A DNA stretch of 60,639 nt, filler included, from Nemertoderma westbladi (taxonomy: Eukaryota > Animalia > Xenacoelomorpha), in the NCBI GenBank assembly GCA_032718475.1. It is 3 parts of 3 records of this genome, joined end to end, with 100 filler letters (N's around TTAATTAATTAA, not from the genome) between each part and the next. Parts side by side here need not be neighbours in the genome. Positions count along the whole stretch, not along the records: positions 15,599 to 45,169 come from JAUCBJ010004815.1; positions 45,270 to 60,639 come from JAUCBJ010002758.1; 1 more part is not named here. One strand, given 5' to 3'. The notes beneath the pieces are model-generated. The model was not told where the DNA came from. It worked only from the letters and a program-made list of their open reading frames with translations, and searched no databases. The translations under genes and the position numbers were made by a program. Positions 36,690-48,980 of the stretch are shown piece after piece; the first letter of the stretch is position 1; each line of letters begins with the position of its first letter.

Positions 36690-37993
36690 ATGGCATCTGA
36701 AATACCAATATATGAATCCAAATACAATATACCAGTTCAATGGATTCAAAATATTTTACAAACTTACTTTGGCAAACCAATAACAATTCAGACATATCAG
36801 TTGCGGCCTTTGGTAACAAGTCGTGGATGGTTGAGTGAAGTTCTGGAGATCAGAGTTATTTACAAGGAGGAGTCATCTGATACCGCAATTAAACTTGACA
36901 TGGTAGCTAAAGGTATACTACCAGGTGGCAAAACCCTGGATGGTCTTTCAAAGGAAATACGTGTTGATGTTCTTGAGGCAAGATTCTATAATGTTGTTCT
37001 ACCACTCTTGGAGCAGCTTGTTATGGACCACGTAAAAAAAGTTAGTAAATAAGAAATCAGAAAGTTAAAGAATTATATTCCCAATTATATTTCCTGATAT
37101 TAAATTGTCAAGTAAGTAATTTGTTGCGGATACCGTCAAACATATTGAGGGATTTTGAGAATACCAGAATGGGCAATTGCCCCTTGGGCAATTGTCCGGG
37201 GTCAATTGTCCTCGTGGGGCAATTGTCCGGGGTCAATTGTCCTCGTGGGGCAATTGTCAAGGGGGGCAAGGCAATTGTCAGGGGTGCAATTGTCAGGGGG
37301 GTAATTGTCAGGTGGGCAATTGTCAGGGGGACAATTGTCAGTGGGGCAATTGTCCTCGTGGGGCAATTGTCACGGGGGCAAATGTCAGGGGGGGCAATTG
37401 TCCTCGGTCGTTCATATCTTGTTACAACATTAAACAAATTTTATATAGCTAAGTTTTATATAATTTATAAAATTCATATGATGCTTATTTATTTGCTCAA
37501 TAATTCTGAAATGCAATACAATTTCGATAGCAAGAAAAATAAAGGTTAACGTACAGAAGACATTCAATTGTGTTATACAGTAAGGTCAATCAAATTTTTC
37601 TAGTAAAATGTACTTTATTATGTTTATTATATTTAAATTATGAATAACAAATAAATTTAAAAGTTTAGAAGTGGCGACAAGGTATATATTAGAACTTGAA
37701 TTACAGAAAATAATATGACAAAGTATATACATAATACGATTATATGGTTAAAAAAATATATTATGTGAATATATTAAGAGCCAATTGCCTAAACGCCTTT
37801 TAAGCAAATAAAATATTTGTAATTTAGGAATCTGTAGAGGAATTGAAACTGAAGCTACCAACTTGTTTTTACGCAAATGATAAAGATGCAGAGATTGGGT
37901 CAATTATTTTAATGGATGATATCAGGTCACTTGGGTTTGAAGAACACTGTCATGTAATGGAATATGGGTTGACGAAACCAGAATATCATATAG
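36690..37993 (+). CDS. EcKinase-like gene B, first two exons (36690-37040, 37828-37993); later exons not found
   Basis: GWLSEVLEIRVIY..MVAK..EARFYNVVLPLL and LPTCFYA..IILMDDIRSLGF fit the EcKL N-lobe. Donor GTTAGT and acceptor TTTAG are phase-0 compatible; next donor GTAGGT. Confidence 0.78.
37170..37408. repeat. GGGCAATTGTC tandem array in intron 1 of EcKL gene B (non-autonomous element-like)
   Basis: About 15 units of ~15-18 nt; explains three spurious overlapping ORFs. Confidence 0.85.
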
Positions 37994-38199
37994 GTAGGTG
38001 CGTTTCTGACCATAAGGTCTACTGGCCAGACAATTTATATAGAAATATTGCTTTCTTACACGTGACCCGTGGCTGCCATGATTAATGTTGCATTTTTATT
38101 CATTGCTCCACGTGGCATATGGCTGCCATTTGCAGACAATTAAAGGTAACTACATAATAACCAACAGGGGCTTGTTATATGAATTAAAAAAAGGGGAGA

Positions 38200-39900
38200 A
38201 AATGACCCAGAGCCCCTCTCGGGAATCCACTAACGGGTAATCTAACAACGGATAAATAACAAATAGCATAATAGCAAACGAAAATATTACATATTAAAAC
38301 ATTATCTATGTAAACTACAATTATGTAACTACATGTTTCTCGTAACATGCCGCAGTCCACGGTACACCTGAGTGAGGTCGGCGCGATAACGAAGGGTCGG
38401 TAGACCAAGTCGCTTTAATCTTTCCGGGTAGGCTAAGTCACGAAGATTTGGCAATAGTCTGGTTACCCGACGTTGGACAGATTCCAAAAGTATTATATGG
38501 TTTATTCGGTTATATATTCTAGAATTGTTCTTTGAATAAGTTGACTAGCATGACACTGACCAGATGTTTAAAGGTTCGAGCAATAAGGCCAATTATCCCA
38601 TTGGTTTTCTTTGCGATGGTGGCAATATATAATATATTTCCCGAATGTGAGGGTGTTTTGGAAGGTCACCCCTAAGTCTTTCTCCCATCCTGACACCACT
38701 GATAGCACCGATTCGCCGAGATGGTAAGGGAACTCGGGGTTATTATGGCCAATTTGCATTTTTTAGTGTTGAAACAAAGTTGCCAAGCTACACTCCACGA
38801 GTATAATATATCTAGGTCAGAGTGTAGTGGGCCGATCGTGGGTTTGGGATGGAGGTGAACATGACGCTGTCTTTAATGTCGTCGGCAAATACGTATAAAA
38901 GAAATCTTATATGAGACGGTATATCGTTTACTAAGCCAAGGAAGAAAATAACTGAAGCAACTGCCTCTTGGGGGACTCCACTGACCACAGGTAACCAATC
39001 AGAATGTTCGCTATCAACAACAACGCGTTGGTATCAATCACATAAAAAGTTTTCAATCCATCCTAACAAGTTTCCACTTATCCCTATTGATTTGAGTTTA
39101 AGGAGTAGACGTTTGTGAGGAACAGCGTTGAATGCCTTGGAGAAATCCAGGTAAACTACATCAATACATTGTCGATTATCGTGGGACAGTTACCAGATAT
39201 AGAGGACATCAAAGAGTTAGAGTATACAGGAACGGCCCTTCTGAAATCCAAACTGTTGTTTAGATATTATCATATTCTCGCATGATTGGTTAAATGCCAT
39301 CGGGTCCAGGAGCACTCGATGACTTTATTTTATCTATGGCCTCTGAGACAATGAGACAATTAAAAACAACAGCCTTTAGTTCAGTTTTATATGTTGGTGT
39401 ATATTGTACTGTATAGGGATATCATGGTTTTCGATTGTCGACATAGAGTGGTAATGATTGTTTAAGACTAGCTTTAAATACAGCAGGATTTATTACTCGC
39501 TTTGCGTGAATATATTTCCAAAATTATTTAGGATTCGTTGTGGCATTCGAGGCTGTTGTTTTTTCATATTCAAATTGTGATAGATGGGTGGATATACATC
39601 ATCTGTTTCTAGACCGTTTGTAATTGTCGTAGTTGGTGGTTGTTTGGCTATGTTTGTAGGTGTCCCATAACTTCCTCTTTTCCTTAATCTAGCGTCTAAT
39701 CCCAGGATTCATCAACTTTGGTTGTTTAGATTTTTTTTTATCTTATGGTTTGACTGAGGAATGTGTTTGTTACACCAGTCAAGTAGCTTGCTGTAGAGAA
39801 TATTCCAAGCAGATTGAGCGTCAGACTCATCTTGAATTGTGGATAAGTTTTCAGCTGTTAGATCGGCCGAAATAGCAGGGAAGTTTGCTTTGGAGAAAAC
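38200..39900 (-). mobile_element. Highly degenerate CR1-clade LINE ORF2
   Basis: Minus strand reads YLDFSKAFNAVPHKRLLLKLKSIGISGNLLGWIENFL, PVVSGVPQ, FADD, EKDLGVTF with many disruptions. Ends approximate. Confidence 0.85.
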
Positions 39901-40929
39901 ATGTAGGCCTATGCCTTTTTACGATATTAGATTCATTAAATATGTTCATAATTTATTCAGGTTCAGACTAGAACTTACCATAGGCGCTACTTTCCAGCTG
40001 TCCGGCTAAGTTATTTCACTTCATGAAACGGCTTAGTGATAAACGTGCGAAGAAGAAAAATTTGCCTTCGTGGCTCAATGACCAAAAAATGTCTAGTCAG
40101 CCCGCTAGAGTAAAAAAATATCAAATTAGTGGCACAAGCCAATTAGTTACTTTTGATGACTATTCTAATTTTAACAACTGCTACAATTAAAGAGGCTTGC
40201 GAATCTTTTTTCAATGAGTCAGGTTGTTACGTTATGGAACTTGGTAAAGGACCAGTCCTGTATACACCGAAATTTCACAGTTGGGACTTGTTTAGTTGGT
40301 CAAGTTTGATAATTCAGTCGGAGTGAAACAGAAACCATCCCCACTCGCATGGCAAACGATGATCTGGGCAATTCCATCGTTACAGACTTTCATACGCGAT
40401 TTTTGAAATTAATTGGCATATTTAATTAATAACTTTACAATATAAATAACATTCACCTATGGTGGCTGATGGATTAATGGTACATATTTACTTTGACTGA
40501 TAAAAAAGAGTTGTAACTCATTTGATTTATAGAATATTGTAAATATAGTGCCCGTTACGGACTCACATGCAAATGGACAAAGAAAAATTACCCAATTTTA
40601 TTTTGACAAACTTTCTTGAAATGTTTAACGCCATACGTAATAACTTTCACAATGCGAGGTAGATGCATCAAATTTTGTAAATTTGTAAGTTAATAGCAGA
40701 AACATATGGTGGTGAACCTCATTTATAGAGAAATAACTCCTAGAGAGATTTAATATCATATAAGTTCATATCACCGATTTGTTGAAATGACCAATTTCTA
40801 GTTCTTTAACAACATAAATACCACGTTCACGGAAAATTTTTTATACTGAAAAATAAATTTTGAACAGTATTTCGTTGTACTGTATTTATGATTTACGATC
40901 ACTACTAACACTGTACTAAGTTATTCCAA

Positions 40930-41150
40930 CTTAGCGTAGTTGGTTAAATCGGTGGCATTGAAATCACTTCTCTCCTTGAGTCGTGGGTTCGATCCCAACA
41001 TGGGGGCTAGGGTAGTTTTCGTTTCGGCACGAATACTTTAAAGACAATAAAGATATTTATTAGCCAGGGCGCAGCTCTTCCTTCCGTAAATGGTAGCTAA
41101 ATGAGTACTGGAGTTTCCTCTGGGTAATATAGGTCTGGGGGGACCGCACT
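40930..41150 (+). mobile_element. tRNA-derived SINE
   Basis: A box TAGCGTAGTTGG and B box GGTTCGATCCC; downstream AAATGAGTAC..GTTTCCTCTGGGTAA resembles conserved SINE body motifs. Confidence 0.6.
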
Positions 41151-43116
41151 GGAAATAATTATTGAAACTTTGTGCGTAATCATTGGTCTAACGGACGATT
41201 TTTTAGTATAACAAACAATCCATCATTGGCACACTCGTTTCATGAAATCTTGGAGAACTATACCATCTTGGTCAATAATTTCTGTCATCCGTGATATATT
41301 CAGTTTGGCCCTTTCGGCAACAGAAATGTGAGTATTAGACGTAAGAGGCAGGACTAAACGGACGCAATGAAGAATGTCGTACAGTGGGATGATGTAAGTG
41401 AATACGTTCGAATGTACTGTCGATGGACACTTGTCAAACTAAAAGGAGCTGAATACTTCCAGTTTACATAGTGAATAATGTATACAAAGCAGAATGATTC
41501 TTACCTAATCTACCGCATCATAGTGAGTCCGTAACGAAGAATGTGTGAGTCCGTAACGCTGTTCTTAAACGTTTCAGCTGCAATACAGAACATAGAGACC
41601 TAATGGATGGTTTTGATTGGTTGTAAACCCAAAGGAAAATGACTGTCAGTTTAATATACATGCGGGTTGTACTCCAAATTAAAACTTTAAGTACTTTAGA
41701 TTACGGACTCACATAATTATGTAGGTCAAATCTCAAATTTTTGAAACTTTGAATACACAATGCTACGCTGTCAATATTCAAATTTTTATCATCAATAGCT
41801 TATATTAAATGTTGAATTTTTGGTTGGTGTAATTAACCTGTCTTAATCAGACAATTTCAATAATGGTAGTAAGATTATGTCAAAAATGACATGGATTAAT
41901 TTCAACAAATTTAAAATACGTAAAAAAACTTCCTCATATTGAATAATGAAAAACCAGTTGTTACCCTCAAGAATATTAAAAATCCGTCACTTTTATTAAA
42001 AATTTCATTCTTTCTCGTCATTTTGATACCGCTGATTAGATGACTTTTATTTTCGAAATAGTGTTACATCAATGGTGGAATTGCCCATTCATTACCGGTA
42101 TACCAGGTGTTCCATAATGATGCCCCCCCCCCCCCCCCCCCCCCACAGACACTTCCGATATTGGTGAACAGTCAAGTGCAAAAAGTTGGTGCAAGCACCA
42201 AAATTTCAAATTTAGCACCCTACGAAAATAGTAGAGCCGTCCATCCAGTCGCTTAGTAAATATTACCATCGCATTCAGCACCGAAGAAAAACCTATATAG
42301 ATTATGAATCAGGCCATAGAAAGTCATAATTCATAATCTTGAAAAATGAAATTTTCATTTTTGTTAACCCAATTTTAGCACCCAACGAAAAGTAGTATAA
42401 CCGTCCATTCAGTCACCTCATAAATATTATCATTGCATTCGACACCCCACAAAACCTATGCAGATTGTGAATGAGAGCTTATAAGTGTAGATTTAGGATT
42501 TCTTAAAATTGATACTTTTATGTTAAGTGTAGGCCTAACCATTTTTGAGTGTTTTTTACTTTTCGCTAAATATCGTCAAAACGAAAAAATATATGACGAA
42601 GCTGATTGTATATTTGAAATCTCCATAAAATTTAGGACATAATGAGATAATAAAAACAAAATCTATTTTTTTAAACAACATCTGACTAAATATGAGATAA
42701 ACAGAAACCGGCGCTTTAAACTTAGGAAGGGGCCCTTTTTTTGGACACTGATACAAATGCATAATTACTACAAAATACTTTAAAAATAGTATATATGCCA
42801 AGAGATTAATAACGTTTTATAAAACATAATGTCTGCGTACGCCAGCACTTTATATTGCACCTGCTTATAGACCCTGGCAGATACTCTGGATGGGAGAGCG
42901 CGCTATACGTGAATTACTGTAACATAAAAGAGTCAGCGGTAAAAATCATGTTATTGTTATCAATTAATGAAAGATATTATGAACAAATATTAAACATAAA
43001 CATAGTAACATTTATATTAAATAATACTGCAAGCTTTGTAGATTTTAGCTTTGCTAAAATCTGAAATAGTCTAATTATATCAAATTTTGTCTCGAATTAA
43101 GAAAATAATTGTAAAC

Positions 43117-44058
43117 CAAGGCGTACTATATACAAGGCCATGCCATCGAGTTACCTGGGGGCGGTGACTGGGGGCAAGATGTTTTTTTACAACAATTTGA
43201 TATTTTGATATGGGGAGAGTTCTATAAATTTTCATTTGCTGCAATTTGGTCAATGGACGTAATTGAAGCATCTTCGTTAAGTAAGATACAAAATTTTATG
43301 GTAGCTAGTGTTTTAGATAGGTTTAGCTAGTAATTTCAACACTGGTTCCGACATCCTACTTCCCTCTATAAATATTTTGTAGTAGCTAGTTCTTATTACT
43401 ATTTGTATAGAAAATGTTCCAGAACATGTTAGCTATTCATTTTTTAAAAAAATTATGTTCTAGAACAAATATTTTTTGTTCTAGAGACATTTTTTAGAAA
43501 AAAATCTGGATTCTATTTAAAACGCATGGAATCGTTCTAAAACGTGTTTAAAATCAATAAAAAAAATTTCACAATTTAAAAAAAAAAATTTTTTCACAAT
43601 ATTTTTTTTCACAATTTTTTTTATTGATTTTAAACACGTTTTAGAACGATTCCATGCGTTTTAAATAGAATCCAGATTTTTTTCTAAAAAATGTTCTAGA
43701 ACAAAAAATATTTGTTCTAGAACATAATTTTTTTTAAAATGAATAGCTATCATGTTCTGGAACATTTTCTATACAAATAGTAAAAAGAACTAGCTACTAC
43801 AAAATATTTATAGAGGGAAGTAGGATGTCGGAACCAGTGTCGAAATTACTAGCTAAACCTATCTAAAACACTAGCTACCATAAATTTTGTATCTTACTTA
43901 ACGAGGATGCTTCAATTACGTCATCGACCAAATTGCAGCAAATGAAAATTTATAGAACTATCCCCATATCAAAATATCAAATTGTTGTCAAAAAATCTTG
44001 CCCCCAGTCACCGCCCCCAGTTAACTCGATGGCATGGCCTTGTATATAGTACGCCTTG
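43117..44058. mobile_element. Foldback non-autonomous DNA transposon, 942 bp, probably P superfamily
   Basis: Near-perfect inverted arms of ~450 bp; termini CAAGG..CCTTG; 8-bp TSD TTGTAAAC (43109-43116, 44059-44066). Confidence 0.92.
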
Positions 44059-44192
44059 TTGTAAACACGATAATGTTTTATTAATCTGGTCAGCTTTGGA
44101 GGTTTTTAACTAGTTTAAACAATCGTTGCGTTATAATGCAAAGCAAACACGAAACTATGGTAAATCAGTATTCTAGAGCACTAAAGTACTAA

Positions 44193-45169
44193 TTATGGAT
44201 TGTAATAGTCATAGTCTGATGTAATAACAGAATCATCACCAGGATCAAATTCGCCGGCGAAATCCTCCAGTAGGGTGGTAGTGTTGGGTTGGTTATTAAA
44301 CTTGCGGGTTACATCGAGATTCGTACACAAAACAAAGACAATAGTTAAAAAGAAAAGTGAAAAATCTATGTAATTTAAAATTTTGATCCACAATCGAATT
44401 TGCTTACGGGTTAGTCGGCATGAAAACACCAAGATGGTAACTTTAATACTTTCGGGTTTATTTTCTTTCTCGTTTACTTCTTTACTATTCAATGGTTCCA
44501 AAGCAATATCTTCTTCTTTAATATCCAGATCGCCACGAAGACTTTTACCATCACCCGTAGAACAACTATCTTGCATTTTGTCCAAAAGGTTGTACAACCT
44601 CTGTACAATAACGCACGCGATTACTGTAACTATAGTAACAATAACATTCAAGTAGTACATTTGACTAAGAAGAGCCTCAGGTTTCCCTGCTGGTGGAACA
44701 AATTGTTGGACCATCACAAGATTGATGAGCTGAGCAAAAAATAAGGCAGATACGAGACCAATCCTGTCGCCCTCCTCGTGTGGAAGGAGAAAAACAAAAG
44801 GGATGATTGCGCTGATAATGATAGATGGAAAAATTATTATCTTGTAGTAGAATTGCGGCGTTCTATGGATGGTAATGGCGTATATAAGGGTCGTGTATGG
44901 TGTAACGTTTTGGTCTTTTCGGATCTCACTCACCGAACTATTAGAGCGAGCTTCGCCTTTGTCCCAAATCCACTCGTTCGAAGAAAAGCGAACTTTACTC
45001 ATAATTTCTGACATATAGGTCGACCAGTGGAGGCGCACCTGTGATTCATCGTAAATCCATGAAGCGAAATTAAATTCGATAATTTGTCGGTCGTAGGGGA
45101 AGAAACGCGCGCTCAAATCTTGGGAAACTTTCATGTTAATCCGTTGGAGATGTTCAGCGTTTCCCGAAG
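44193..45169 (-). CDS. Pentameric ligand-gated ion channel subunit, nAChR-like and divergent, 5'-incomplete at the linker
   Basis: FPYDRQ, FASWIYD, NEW, pre-M1 R-T-P-Q-F-Y, M1-M3 with LPHEEGDRI, cytoplasmic loop and M4. The frame stays open up to the contig end. Confidence 0.9.
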
Positions 45170-45269
45170 NNNNNNNNNNNNNNNNNNNNNNNNNNNNNNN
45201 NNNNNNNNNNNNNTTAATTAATTAANNNNNNNNNNNNNNNNNNNNNNNNNNNNNNNNNNNNNNNNNNNN
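45170..45269. other. Artificial contig linker (44 N + TTAATTAATTAA + 44 N)
   Basis: Same construct as 15499-15598. Confidence 0.97.
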
Positions 45270-46170
45270 TGTAGAGGGAAGAATACGGAACCCCTAAAGG
45301 GACATGGGTTCGCCTCTTTTTTATAAGTCTGGCCCGGAGATGCTATCTCCAGCCTGGAGATACTAAGTACGGCCCAGAGATAATATCTCAGGCACGGAAA
45401 CTTGAAATTTAGAGCCTATGTGGCCTATGTGACCTAAGGCCTATGTGGATAAAATAGCTGAAAGTAATACTTTGAATATGGGGCAATAATGACAATAATT
45501 TTAATATTGGGTTCTAAAAAGTCCTGTCTGTCAAATTTAAAATAGAATGCTGTTAACTTTTCAAATTGTGACGCTTTTGGTTAGGCAGAATAATGGAATT
45601 ATTAGTTTTAATCAAAATTTTCATTTTAGAGGGTTGATTTTAAGAAAATGGACAGTTTTTTCGATTTCCTGAAAACAGATTTTTTGCAGATAAGCCCTTT
45701 TCAAACTAGGCGCTTCATATATATATGGTAACAATAAATATAAAAAAATGAATTGATTAATGATATCTAAGTATTCTTGCTATATAGCCAACTAAAAATT
45801 AAAATGCATATGCACACTAACATCCAACATACTAGCATCAAGGGAGTCTAATTTAGCACCCAGGGAAGAAAAAATCACTGTCTCAAATTTATGGTTTGTG
45901 GAACTAAATTTACACTAAGAGGACCTAACTTTACACTACATGGACTTAAATTCACCCATGTAATAAGCTAATCGGATATGCGGTTCCTTACACAACCAAA
46001 CCACACCACAACGTGGGGGCATCCCAAGACGACCTTTACGATGAAACGATCACGATGAAACAAATCTAGAACAGAATCAACATACTGGTCAGTTTTTATC
46101 AAAACCATTTGATAATTTGTTTTGAAATTTTTGTATGATGTTGAACTGTGGTTGTTGATATAAATTGATT

Positions 46171-46792
46171 GTAGGACCTTATCACCCCCTGTGAACTTAT
46201 CTCCCCTCAAATGGTCTTCATCGCTCCTGGTACCTTATCGCCTCTGTGACAAATATCAAATTTGAATGGAAGAAACGTTTAGAGTGCCTGTTCACCACCA
46301 TGGGTGATCTTACACAGGATTGTAGGGCCTTATTGTCCCTTGCACCTTTACCGCTGGGAACCTTTACCCTGGGAACTTATTGTCCCTCTAATGGTCCTTT
46401 ATCGTCTTTGGGTACATATCGCCCCCAGGTCTTTATCACCCAGGGATCGAACCTGGGGCCTCCTAAATGAAAGCCCAGATTGTCACCATTAAACCATGCG
46501 GCTGCTTAACCAATAAATTGAATATGAGTATTTCTAATTGTAGGCCTCCACTAAAAGAAACTATTTGAGTATAAATATAACAGTAAACGTTTAACTAAAA
46601 TATATGACTTAGAGGAAGTATGGGTAAGTTGGGGGAATGTAGCCTGTATATAATGACAGGGGCGATAAAGACTCGGAGATGATAACGACCCAGGGGGATA
46701 AGTTCCTAAAAACTCAGAACATGGGGGCGATAAGTACCCAACAAAAATGCAATTTATAGGGGCGAAGAGTTACATGGGTGATAACATCCTGC
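46171..46792. mobile_element. MITE-like element with inverted subterminal TTATCRCCCC / GGGGYGATAA arrays
   Basis: Left end GTAGGACCTTATCACCC versus right end GGGTGATAACATCCTGC (imperfect TIR). Repeat orientation flips across the middle. Confidence 0.6.
46441..46505 (-). pseudogene. tRNA-like fragment or SINE head (Glu-like, TTC in the anticodon-loop position)
   Basis: Minus strand: TGGTTTAATGG (A box), CTTTCA, GGTTCGATCCC (B box). Acceptor stem not intact. Confidence 0.55.
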
Positions 46793-46908
46793 TTCGTATT
46801 AATTGTTGAATGACTACATATAGTTTTAGAAGACTGTGATACTGTATACATACAAACATCATGCAATTATTTACAGTAATAAGCACAGATGTTATTCTAA
46901 TTAAATTA

Positions 46909-47345
46909 CTATAACCTGGCACATGTTAGCCATGCTTCTTTTTCATTGTCTGGTTTGGGACCGCAGAAATTTGTTGCCAAGGTTAGGTAATTCTCGCTGC
47001 GATCTAAATCAGTTTCGAGACCAAACTGCCGAGGCCAATCTGATTGAGATTCGACTTGAAACATGTAATCCCATTCATTACATGGTACAGTACATCTTCT
47101 TTCACACGCTTGACTGTGTTTCAAGTATGCAAGCGCATCCTTTACTATAATGTTAATATATTATATATATATTATATATAATATATTATATTATGTTATG
47201 AATATTAAACATTACTATACATTAATCAGAAATAGTGGAAAATTTGAGATTTGACTTGAAACATGTAATCCCATTCATTACATGGTACTGTACATCTTCT
47301 TTCACACGCTTGTCTGTGTTTCAAGTATCGCATCCTTTATAACTG
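46909..47345 (-). pseudogene. Degenerate kringle-like exon with a partial tandem duplicate
   Basis: YKG....PCNEW....NFCGPKPD....W resembles kringle Y.G..C..W..NYCRNPD..WC. Block 47045-47225 is duplicated at 47242-47435; frameshifts or stops present. Confidence 0.4.
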
Positions 47346-47435
47346 TAAAATTATTAAATTCAGTGTCAATATAAAAATTACAATGTAATATATTATATCT
47401 TAAATTTATGAGTATTAAACATTACTATACATTAA

Positions 47436-47760
47436 CCCTATTACCACTGGGGGTGGGGGGGGGGGGGGGGGGGGGGGGAATCGGCCCTTTCCTAGTTTTT
47501 AATTGCGGTATCTATGCAACCATAATATGCACTTCGCCACCCAGAAAACCAATACAGTATGTCACCCCGAGTATTAACAAAAATGGGAAATCTATTAACA
47601 CCCCAATTGTAAGCCAATCCTCAAAGGTCAACTTAACCAAAGGAGCTATTCATGTGTAGTGTACTAAATGTTAAAGCTATTGTATTTATGTATATTTATT
47701 GGTACGGTGCATATAACCAACCTATATATGTGACAGCATACTAACCATAGGCCGTCACCA
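47436..47760 (+). mobile_element. Left end of a TTAA-targeting (piggyBac-type) element
   Basis: TTAA|CCCTATTACC..G-run. The paralogous empty site ATTACTATACATTAA|TCAG at ~47211-47229 shows the insertion point. Right limit uncertain. Confidence 0.5.
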
Positions 47761-47787
47761 GTAAGATAGTGAGAGAGAGAGGATTAA

Positions 47788-48980
47788 TTAGGAAATAGGA
47801 TAAACTGATAGAACAACTTGATTCGGAAAAAAACAGGCATTAGACAATCTGTTGATATTTTTTTCACAGATGAAATAAGTGAATTGCTGTGTATGTGCAC
47901 AAATAAGCGGATTGAATGAACACCCACCAACACGACAAAGGTATGAAACGGTGCCGTAACCGGTTTCGCTGGCATCGCAAAATTGATGTAACTCATTTGG
48001 ATATCTCATATTGGAGTATCTGGAATTATCGGGAAATACAGCGGGGGGTATCCGCAAATCTGTAAGAGTCTCTAATAAGAGTCTCCACTTGATCCAGTTG
48101 GTGAGCAATGCTGGTGGAAGTTGTTTATCCCAGTCCAGTTTGTCTATCCGACATTTCTGGAACATGATCTTTCCTTGTAAGGCGATGGGTGCAACGAGTC
48201 CTAGTGGATCGTATACAGACATAATGATGGTAATAATCATTACCCGACATGAACAGAAGGTGAAAGGTAATTTTGTCCTGGGTCTCTGTGAACTTTTCCA
48301 TGTATTGGGAAGATATACAGTCATTTTCCCTGAAATCTTCTGTCCGACCTTCGTCTCTTATCAACAAATCTCGTCATCGAGTGCTGATGTGATTTATACA
48401 TACGTTTCTTTGTCGATTCATCCTTCGCCGTATTTCTTTGGCTCGAGGTCTATCCAAAGTATCTTATTGGATCCCATAATCTATCTCTTTAGCCGCGCGT
48501 TTTAAGAGGGCTTTGTACTGTCCAATTGCCTGGTTACATGTTGCCATGGTGATTCCTGTCTGTTCTATATTTGAGGGTTTTTCTGATCAGTGTCATGTAA
48601 CAATTGGAGTGCGAGCTGTCTCTGAAGCTCTTCTTATCACTGCGATTTGTTGGTTTGGATGAATCGGAATTGGATAGTCGTCACTGGGAATGTTGTCGGT
48701 GTGTCTGGAGGATCGACTCACACTAGGGGATACCGCAATCCCCCTGCGCCCAGGAGTCGTCGCATCTGGGTTAATTGGAGGACGCAAACGGGTGACTCGT
48801 CCTCCTGGATCGTAGTCAGAGTATCAGGGAGACGCTATTGGGGTTCTGTCAACCCGGATTGAAGTGGGCGGTTCCTCCATGGGATGCACTATCATTGGCG
48901 TTGTGTCCCGTGTGGTCTGCGATTGGTTGATGAGTCTCTCGTCAGGGTCCGTCAGCGAGTGCGTCATGTCGGACATGTTT
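47788..48980 (-). mobile_element. Internally deleted BEL/Pao fragment of a different family; leader/LTR-like DNA may extend to ~52400
   Basis: SVYDPLG..LDWD..W..W..LRIP..ELHQFCDASETGYG (Pao RT connection/RNase H), joined to a Pro/Thr-rich gag-like N-terminus. Confidence 0.8.

Noticed and set aside
37108-37549. Gly/Cys-rich and TIAP-repeat ORFs
   Set aside because: Translations of the intronic GGGCAATTGTC array.
40930-41010. Functional tRNA gene
   Set aside because: A and B boxes are present but there is no intact acceptor stem, and SINE-like body sequence follows.
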